From Nitrososphaerota archaeon (GTDB lineage: Archaea; Thermoproteota; Nitrososphaeria; Nitrososphaerales; Nitrosopumilaceae): a stretch of DNA of 64,000 nt. Position numbers and translations under genes: made by a program. A model generated the notes under the pieces. The model saw nothing but the letters and a program-made list of their open reading frames with translations. It searched no databases and was not told where the DNA came from. Positions 57,665 through 64,000 of this stretch are shown here, one piece after another (the stretch's first letter is position 1; every line of letters starts with the position of its first letter). Location of the stretch: contig JAGWFT010000002.1 of NCBI GenBank assembly GCA_028867755.1, positions 192,001 through 256,000 of the forward strand, in the 5' to 3' direction.

Positions 57665-60157
57665 ATGAAAGCAGTTTTACCAATTAACTATGATCTGGAA
57701 TTTGAGCCAGACTTTAACAAATTCAAGTTTAGAGGAAAAGAGAAAATTCTCATAAAAGTATCAAAACCAACACGACAGATAGTATTACATGCGGCAGAAC
57801 TTGAGATCAACGACTGCACTATACTCTGGAACGAAAAAAAGCTAAGGGCCAAGGTAAGACTTGATGAAAAAAATGAAGAACTAATTCTAAGCTTACCCAA
57901 AAAGATATCTGGCAAAGTAACACTTTTGATTAATTTTGTAGGGACACTAAACGACAAGCTGGTCGGTTTTTACAGGAGCAAATATGAGTACAAGGGAAAA
58001 GAGAGATATCTTGCAACTACCCAGTTTGAGGCAGCAGATGCAAGACGAGCTTTTCCATGCTGGGACGAGCCAGAAGACAAGGCAACGTTTTGTGTCTCAC
58101 TTGTAGTAGACAATAATCTAACTGCAATCTCAAACATGCCAGTTGTATCAAAGAAAAGACTTGGCAAGAAGACGCTGTTTAGATTTGATAAAACTCCAGT
58201 CATGTCTACATATCTTCTATATCTTGGAGTAGGTGACTTTGAATTCTTGCAGGGCAAACTTGGTAAGACCCTTGTTCGAATTATCACAACTCGAGGAAAA
58301 AAGCAACAGGGAAAGATGGCTCTGGTGTTTACAAAGCAATTTCTGTCATATTTTCAAAACTACTTTAAGATTTCATATCCATTGCCAAAGCTTGACATGA
58401 TAGCAATTCCAGACTTTGCATCTGGTGCGATGGAAAATTGGGGGGCAATAACATTTAGAGAGACTGTGCTACTCTATGATCCAAAGACATCATCTACTGA
58501 TACCCTGCAGCACATTGCAGAAGTAGTGGCACATGAGATTGCACACCAATGGTTTGGAAACCTTGTCACTATGAGATGGTGGAATGATCTGTGGCTTAAC
58601 GAGAGTTTTGCTACTTTCATGGCAACAAAAGCAGTAGACAAGATTTATCCAGAGTGGGACTTTTGGGACCAATTCCTAATTTCAGAGATAACTGGAGGAC
58701 TAAGTCTTGACTCGTTAAAGTCATCTCATCCAATTGATGTTGATGTAAAAAGCCCAGCAGAGGTCAGGCAAATATTTGATGAAATTAGTTACAATAAAGG
58801 TGGTAGTGTACTTATGATGTTAGAGAACTTCATAGGACAAGAAAATTTCCGAAAGGGAATGCATAGCTATCTCAAAAAACATGCGTACTCAAATGCAACA
58901 ACAGAAGATCTCTGGAATTCATTGGGTGCCGCATCAAGAAAACCAGTACGTCATATGATGAATACGTGGGTAAGGCAGATTGGCTATCCAATAATAGATG
59001 CAACCGAAGTTGGCTCCAAAATAAAATTGTCTCAAAAGAGATTTCTGCTTGAAAACAATGGCAAAACTCGTCCTGGAAACTGGATAATTCCAATCTCAGT
59101 TAGGATGGAAGACAAGGTAGTCACAAAGATGATGATGAAGCACTCTATTACTATTTCATACTCAAGCAGATGGTTTAAGGTAAATGACGGACAAAAGGGA
59201 TTCTATAGAGTAAGATATGACGAAACTGCACTGGAAAGACTAGGTAAACTTGTAGAGGAAAAGAAGATATCCAATCTTGACAGATGGAGCATACATCATG
59301 ACTTGACGGCGTTGGTTCTGTCAAACCAGTATCCGCTCAAGCATTATCTGGACTTTGTAAGATATTATGAGGATGAAGACGATTACGTAGTATTATCTGA
59401 TATCATTGGATTTCTGAACTTTTTGTATGTTTTGTTTTCAGGTGAAAAGTTCTGGGACGAAATAAAAGAATTTAACCAATACTTCATGAATGTTGTATTC
59501 CAAAAGATAGGATGGGATCCAATCAAGGGAGAAAAATCTACATATGCACTATTGAGAAGTAGTCTGATAAGCTCACTTGTAAAACTCGATGATAAAGAAA
59601 TATTGGAAGAAGCCAAATTGAGATTTTCAAATCTTCTCAGAACAGATTTGTTAAACCCAGATCTAAGAAGTGTAGTATATTCTGCTATTGCATGGACTGG
59701 AAACTCAAATACTTATCAACAATTAATCAGTCTATATCGCAAGGCATCAACACAGGAAGAAAAAGTGAGGTTTCTTGGATCACTTTCAAACTTTAAGGAA
59801 GCAAAACTGCTTGACAAGACTTTTGCCTTTGCCCTCTCAAAAGATGTCAGGACACAGAGTCTTTTTGTGCCAATATCAAAGATGGTAGCAAATCCCAATG
59901 GAAAAGACTTGGTATGGCCTTGGATACAAAAGAACTGGAAAGGACTTGTCAAGAGATTTGGTGTAGGCAATCCGTTGCTTAACAAGGTCATTGGAAGTGT
60001 ATCTGTTATGGCAGACCTAAAACATGAAAAAGAAATCCGCAGCTTTTTTACAAAACACCATATTCCAGGAACTGAGATGAAACTTGCTCAGAGTCTTGAA
60101 AGAATCAGAATCCATGCCAAGTTTCTTGAAAATGCAAGAAAAGAATTTGGGCAATAA
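57665..60157 (+). CDS. pepN: M1 family aminopeptidase (tricorn-interacting factor F2/F3-like)
   Basis: TQFEAADARRAFPCWDEP, GAMENWG, HEIAHQWFG...WLNESFA, SYNKG. Confidence 0.95.
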   Translation: MKAVLPINYDLEFEPDFNKFKFRGKEKILIKVSKPTRQIVLHAAELEINDCTILWNEKKLRAKVRLDEKNEELILSLPKKISGKVTLLINFVGTLNDKLVGFYRSKYEYKGKERYLATTQFEAADARRAFPCWDEPEDKATFCVSLVVDNNLTAISNMPVVSKKRLGKKTLFRFDKTPVMSTYLLYLGVGDFEFLQGKLGKTLVRIITTRGKKQQGKMALVFTKQFLSYFQNYFKISYPLPKLDMIAIPDFASGAMENWGAITFRETVLLYDPKTSSTDTLQHIAEVVAHEIAHQWFGNLVTMRWWNDLWLNESFATFMATKAVDKIYPEWDFWDQFLISEITGGLSLDSLKSSHPIDVDVKSPAEVRQIFDEISYNKGGSVLMMLENFIGQENFRKGMHSYLKKHAYSNATTEDLWNSLGAASRKPVRHMMNTWVRQIGYPIIDATEVGSKIKLSQKRFLLENNGKTRPGNWIIPISVRMEDKVVTKMMMKHSITISYSSRWFKVNDGQKGFYRVRYDETALERLGKLVEEKKISNLDRWSIHHDLTALVLSNQYPLKHYLDFVRYYEDEDDYVVLSDIIGFLNFLYVLFSGEKFWDEIKEFNQYFMNVVFQKIGWDPIKGEKSTYALLRSSLISSLVKLDDKEILEEAKLRFSNLLRTDLLNPDLRSVVYSAIAWTGNSNTYQQLISLYRKASTQEEKVRFLGSLSNFKEAKLLDKTFAFALSKDVRTQSLFVPISKMVANPNGKDLVWPWIQKNWKGLVKRFGVGNPLLNKVIGSVSVMADLKHEKEIRSFFTKHHIPGTEMKLAQSLERIRIHAKFLENARKEFGQ

Positions 60158-60282
60158 CTTTCCTTTTTTGAAAAACTCTTAATGTTTAACAATATGATAA
60201 AATCAGCAATAAGAAAAAAATAACAACAAATTACATACTTTTTTGGAACTGTTTTTATAATTTGATACCTTGAAAGTTAGGG

Positions 60283-61563
60283 ATGGTTGACATAAGCATA
60301 GGGTCATTGTTTAGGACAGAATGGATTCTTCCAATCTTTCTTGGCATGATCTTCCTTGCTTCGTTACTTGCAAAAAAAGTACGATTGCCATACACCATTA
60401 TTCTTGTAGGTATAGGAATAGCGGTATCTTTTATTCACATATCAGGCTTTGGCATATTTGATACCTCGAAATTTCATGTAGATCCAAAGCTAATTTTGTA
60501 TTTTATTGTGCCACCTTTAATCTATGAAGCCATGATGAAAATAGATCGAGAACAATTCAAAACAGTACGAATTTCATCATTACTACTTGCTACGCTTGGC
60601 GTGGTGCTTGCAACAATAGTTGGGGGATTTCTGCTATCATACGTTGCAGGTTTGCCTATAATTGTCGCATTTGCATTTTCTGCTTTGATTGCACCAACTG
60701 ATGCTGCAATTGTAATCCAAGTTTTCAACAAAGTCAAGGTGCCAAGAGCATTAACAATGCTCATGGAATCAGAAGCCAGCTTCAATGATGCTACAGGTCT
60801 TGTCATTTTTTCCTCTATTATTGCAATAGCTGCAGCTCAAGGGTCTACATTGGGCTCACCGGAGACCATTGGACAGATAAATGTCAATATTCTAGAGCAG
60901 ATGGGGCATTTTGCTGTTGTATTTTTTGGTGGAATAGCTGTTGGTCTTGGCTTTGCACTGGGCGCAAGGTTCCTCTTCAGGCTTATGGACGAGCCATTTT
61001 CAGAGACTGCTCTTTCTGTTGCTGTATTGTTTGGTTCTGTAGTTGTTGCAAATGCACTACAACTTTCTGGTCTTGTTGCAGCAGCTGCCTCTGGTCTATA
61101 TTTTGGCAATCTGGTTATGAAAGGAAAAGGAATCATGAGCGAAAAAACACTGATGTACAGTTCTCACTTTTGGGAGATGATTGCCTTTTTTGCAAACTCG
61201 GTGGCTTTCTTGTATCTTGGATTGAGCATGGATATACAAAACATGGGAAGAAATCTGCCTCTCATTGCAATGGCATTTGGTGCAGTGCTAGCCGCACGCG
61301 CCGCATCTACATACCCAATACTTGCAGCAACTCACAGATTTACCCATGAAAAATGGCCCAGTGCATGGAGACATGTGGTGATGATAGGAGGTATGAGGGG
61401 CGCATTGTCTGTTGCACTTGTGGCAACTCTTCCAGACAGCAATTTCAAGGATATTTTAGAACCTATAACATTCGGCGTTGTACTCTCGTCTCTGATAGTT
61501 CAATACCCACTGCTAACAAGATACATCAAAAAAGCATTCCCAGAAAGTGCAGTGTCTCAATAA
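60283..61563 (+). CDS. CPA1 Na+(K+)/H+ antiporter (NhaP/NhaG-like)
   Basis: IAPTDAA, ESEASFNDATG, LSGLVA, GGMRGALSVAL. Confidence 0.9.
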   Translation: MVDISIGSLFRTEWILPIFLGMIFLASLLAKKVRLPYTIILVGIGIAVSFIHISGFGIFDTSKFHVDPKLILYFIVPPLIYEAMMKIDREQFKTVRISSLLLATLGVVLATIVGGFLLSYVAGLPIIVAFAFSALIAPTDAAIVIQVFNKVKVPRALTMLMESEASFNDATGLVIFSSIIAIAAAQGSTLGSPETIGQINVNILEQMGHFAVVFFGGIAVGLGFALGARFLFRLMDEPFSETALSVAVLFGSVVVANALQLSGLVAAAASGLYFGNLVMKGKGIMSEKTLMYSSHFWEMIAFFANSVAFLYLGLSMDIQNMGRNLPLIAMAFGAVLAARAASTYPILAATHRFTHEKWPSAWRHVVMIGGMRGALSVALVATLPDSNFKDILEPITFGVVLSSLIVQYPLLTRYIKKAFPESAVSQ

Positions 61564-61604
61564 ATAATCAAATAATATATCGATACTATTCACATAGTAC
61601 TAGA

Positions 61605-62417
61605 TTGACACAAAACACAAACGAGTCTAATGGAATGGTATTGGAAGGCAAGAGTTATGCCCATCTAGGAAAGCACAAGGATGCTGTATCTTTTTTTGAC
61701 AAGGCATTAAAGGGAGATCCACAAAATATGGATGCGTTATATAACAAAGGGTTATCACTTGTTCAACTAAAGAAAAACAAGGACGCTGTGGCGTGTTTTG
61801 AAAAAATACTTGAGAAAGACCCAAACCATGTGTTGGCTTTGAACAACTTGGGAAACTCGTATGCTGAACAACAACAATTTGAACGTGCGATAGGATTCTA
61901 CGAAAAGGCATTAAAAGTAGATCCAAGTTATGTACCAGTTATCTACAACAAAGGTATTGCCGATATAGGAATTGGAAAATACGATGAAGCCCTGCGATGT
62001 TTCAATCAAGCTCTATCTGTTGAACCTGGAAATGTCTCTGCCATGTACTTTAAGGGTCTTGTACTTGGAAAACAGAAAAAACATGATGATGCATTGCTGT
62101 GTTTTGACAAGGTAATAGAAAAAGAACCAGAAAATATCGAAGCGTTGTTTTACAAGGCTACTAGTATTGCAGAGCTTGGAAGACACCAAGATGCAATTAT
62201 ACTATTTGATACAGTCCTAAAAGATAATCCAAAAAATGGTACAGTGATCTATTCCAAGGCAAGGAGTAAAGCAGAGCTTGGTGAAGACCGTGAGGCCCTT
62301 GAATTACTTGCGCAGGCGATATTGTACTATGGAAAGACAATAAAGGGATGGGCAGTCAAGGACTCGGCATTTAATAGACTAAAAGATGATTTACGATTCA
62401 AGGCAGTTGTGAAGTAA
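61605..62417 (+). CDS. TPR-repeat protein
   Basis: About 7 TPRs (ALYNKG, ALNNLG, IYNKG, MYFKG, LFYKA) and terminal D..F..L.DD.RF motif; the ORF-track start at 61353 overlaps the antiporter, so TTG 61605 or ATG 61635 is preferred. Confidence 0.88.
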   Translation: MTQNTNESNGMVLEGKSYAHLGKHKDAVSFFDKALKGDPQNMDALYNKGLSLVQLKKNKDAVACFEKILEKDPNHVLALNNLGNSYAEQQQFERAIGFYEKALKVDPSYVPVIYNKGIADIGIGKYDEALRCFNQALSVEPGNVSAMYFKGLVLGKQKKHDDALLCFDKVIEKEPENIEALFYKATSIAELGRHQDAIILFDTVLKDNPKNGTVIYSKARSKAELGEDREALELLAQAILYYGKTIKGWAVKDSAFNRLKDDLRFKAVVK

Positions 62418-62420
62418 TAC

Positions 62421-62717
62421 ATGTCAGAAGAGTTTCTAAAAGATGTGAAAATACTGCTTGTTTCTGGTAAGGGTGATACAGCAAGGTTACGAGAAATAAT
62501 AGATTTCATAAAACAAAAACATCCAGTATACATGTCAGATTACAAATATGTTCAAAGCCTAATTTCTGTAGAATCCCAAGAAAACAAGACAGAAACCAAA
62601 CCCCCCGAGGGAGTAAAAGTAGACAATCCTGTAGAACTTCTCAGAATAAGACTTGCAGAAGGGAAAATAACAATCGATGAATTCAGAGAGCTAAAAAAAG
62701 CTATAACTGAAATCTAG
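62421..62717 (+). CDS. Hypothetical protein with C-terminal SHOCT-like motif
   Basis: Tail NPVELLRIRLAEGKITIDEFRELKKAI. Confidence 0.7.
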   Translation: MSEEFLKDVKILLVSGKGDTARLREIIDFIKQKHPVYMSDYKYVQSLISVESQENKTETKPPEGVKVDNPVELLRIRLAEGKITIDEFRELKKAITEI

Positions 62718-62896
62718 ATTTCCAAAAAGAATGATTCCTTCCTAAATCTTAAATTCAAAATAGGACATTTATCGCAATATATGTTGCAATCAAGTGCAGT
62801 TATATCATTTTCATGTCTACAACAATCAAGTACAGGCTTTACAATCTTACACTCTCCGCTTAAAGTGGTCTGTTACCTGTAGTATGATGATTAGTA

Positions 62897-64000
62897 TTGT
62901 CCAATCTTAATGCTCCTCTACCACCAGCGCCGGTTCTAATGACCTGTTTTGGCCATTGTGGGATAGGTCTAGGTGCAGAGGCATACAGACGATTGTTAAT
63001 TGATGTAGGAGCTGATCCTCTCAAGCCTACGCTAAAAGGAGAGAAGGAGGAGTCACGAGTTTTGAAAAGATACGGCAGTACAATTTTGAGATTTCCAAAT
63101 TCTTATGGAGGAAACGATATACCACTAATTCCAAGAGCATTATTGGTTGATTTAGACCCACGAGCCGCTAATTTGATACTCCAATCATATCCTGATCTGT
63201 TTGCACTAAGAGACAAACATGTAATTCATGGATCTGGAGGAGCTGCAAGAAACTGGGCAGAAGGAAGAAGCAGATTCATCAATGAAGTAACTAAAAAGTT
63301 TGACTTGCAAAAACAATTGTCAGGGTTGTCACCTGAACCAGTGAGAGGTTTTACGATACCATTTGCAATGGGTGGGGGTACTGGAAGCTCCTTTGCCAGT
63401 GCATTTATGCAATACATCAAGAAAGATACCAAAGAGCATGCAACAATAGCATCGTTTGGGCTGTTGCCCGAATTTGGCTGGGATCCAGTTATCTTTGAAG
63501 CTGCAGCAATTAATATAGTCATGAATCTTGAGCACCAGATAAAATATAGTGACTGTTCTATTCTGTTTTCAAACAAGAAGCTAAGAGAGCTTGCCCACAG
63601 GCATGAGAAAAAGATTGAGAAGATACAGTCCATCATTGATGATCTTCCAAAGGAGCATGAGATTGGCTGGAAAGACTACAAAGGTATGAACCTGATTGCC
63701 GCAAATGCAATATCCATGTTTATTGCATCATTTGCAAGAGAGACAGAATGGGACATGTCAAACTATAGGACATGGCTTGCAACAAAGAAACCAAGATTTG
63801 CAGTAGCATGGGTAATTCCAGTAGTTCCAGAAGAAAGGCAGTGGGGAACAGAGCTAATGTCAGGAGGAAAGGGAAACACTATGGAAGCAATTGTAGATAA
63901 TATTCACAAGAAAGAGGATGCAGTGTTGTTTGACATTGATGAAGGCGATGTCAGAGACAAAGGAGGACAGCGTGATTCCTGTGTCGCGCTGGTAAAAATT
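62897..64000 (+). CDS. Tubulin-like GTPase (artubulin-like), 3' end beyond the window (not in ORF track)
   Basis: Open frame from TTG 62897 to the edge (368 codons): FGHCG (T1), PRALLVDLDP (T2), GAARNWAEG (T3), GGGTGSS (T4), SDCSILFSNKKL (T6), YKGMNLIAANAISMFIASF, WDMSNYRTWL..KPRF. Confidence 0.88.
   Translation, partial: MSNLNAPLPPAPVLMTCFGHCGIGLGAEAYRRLLIDVGADPLKPTLKGEKEESRVLKRYGSTILRFPNSYGGNDIPLIPRALLVDLDPRAANLILQSYPDLFALRDKHVIHGSGGAARNWAEGRSRFINEVTKKFDLQKQLSGLSPEPVRGFTIPFAMGGGTGSSFASAFMQYIKKDTKEHATIASFGLLPEFGWDPVIFEAAAINIVMNLEHQIKYSDCSILFSNKKLRELAHRHEKKIEKIQSIIDDLPKEHEIGWKDYKGMNLIAANAISMFIASFARETEWDMSNYRTWLATKKPRFAVAWVIPVVPEERQWGTELMSGGKGNTMEAIVDNIHKKEDAVLFDIDEGDVRDKGGQRDSCVALVKI

Noticed and set aside
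61353-61604. N-terminal extension of the TPR ORF given in the track
   Set aside because: Overlaps the antiporter 3' end by about 210 bp and is non-TPR; a downstream start is preferred
334-63636. Numerous 60-220 aa ORFs antisense or out of frame to assigned genes (e.g. 18437-19093, 41748-42212, 45807-46277, 63226-63636)
   Set aside because: Shadow ORFs of well-supported genes, with Ser/Phe/Ile-rich composition typical of reverse-strand reading
1-64000. tRNA, rRNA, CRISPR, integrase or transposase
   Set aside because: No T-loop/cloverleaf pattern in the intergenic gaps, no spaced repeat array and no recombinase motifs seen by eye; tRNAscan-SE/Infernal would be needed to exclude small RNAs

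Overview
This is an archaeal chromosome segment of an ammonia-oxidising thaumarchaeon (Nitrososphaerota; Nitrosotalea/Nitrosopumilales-like by gene content, genus not established). Supporting markers are type IB topoisomerase, the 3-hydroxypropionyl-CoA synthetase/dehydratase pair of the 3HP/4HB cycle, AOA-type NirK, PEF-CTERM and thaumarchaeal W-W surface domains, a degenerate FtsZ, split MetH and a LysW-dependent lysine/arginine cluster. Most of the window is housekeeping. I found no rRNA, tRNA, CRISPR array or transposase. Four CDS missing from the ORF track were read directly: two lysW carriers, rpl39e, and a tubulin-like gene running off the right edge (62897 to >64000). That last gene is the top finding: its motifs match eukaryote-type tubulin rather than FtsZ, and it lacks the acidic residue at the alpha-tubulin Glu254 position. 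Other notable items are a LysW paralogue ending in EDWGQ instead of EDWGE, a divergent ComA-fold protein fused to a winged helix inside a sulfonate-type ABC cluster, paired GGTA-N9-TACC operators before both pirin and its HxlR regulator, an NHLRC2-like CCINC thioredoxin-NHL protein, a triple zinc-finger-like repeat protein and a decayed histidine-kinase tail. All functional calls come from motif recognition by eye; no database searches were run.
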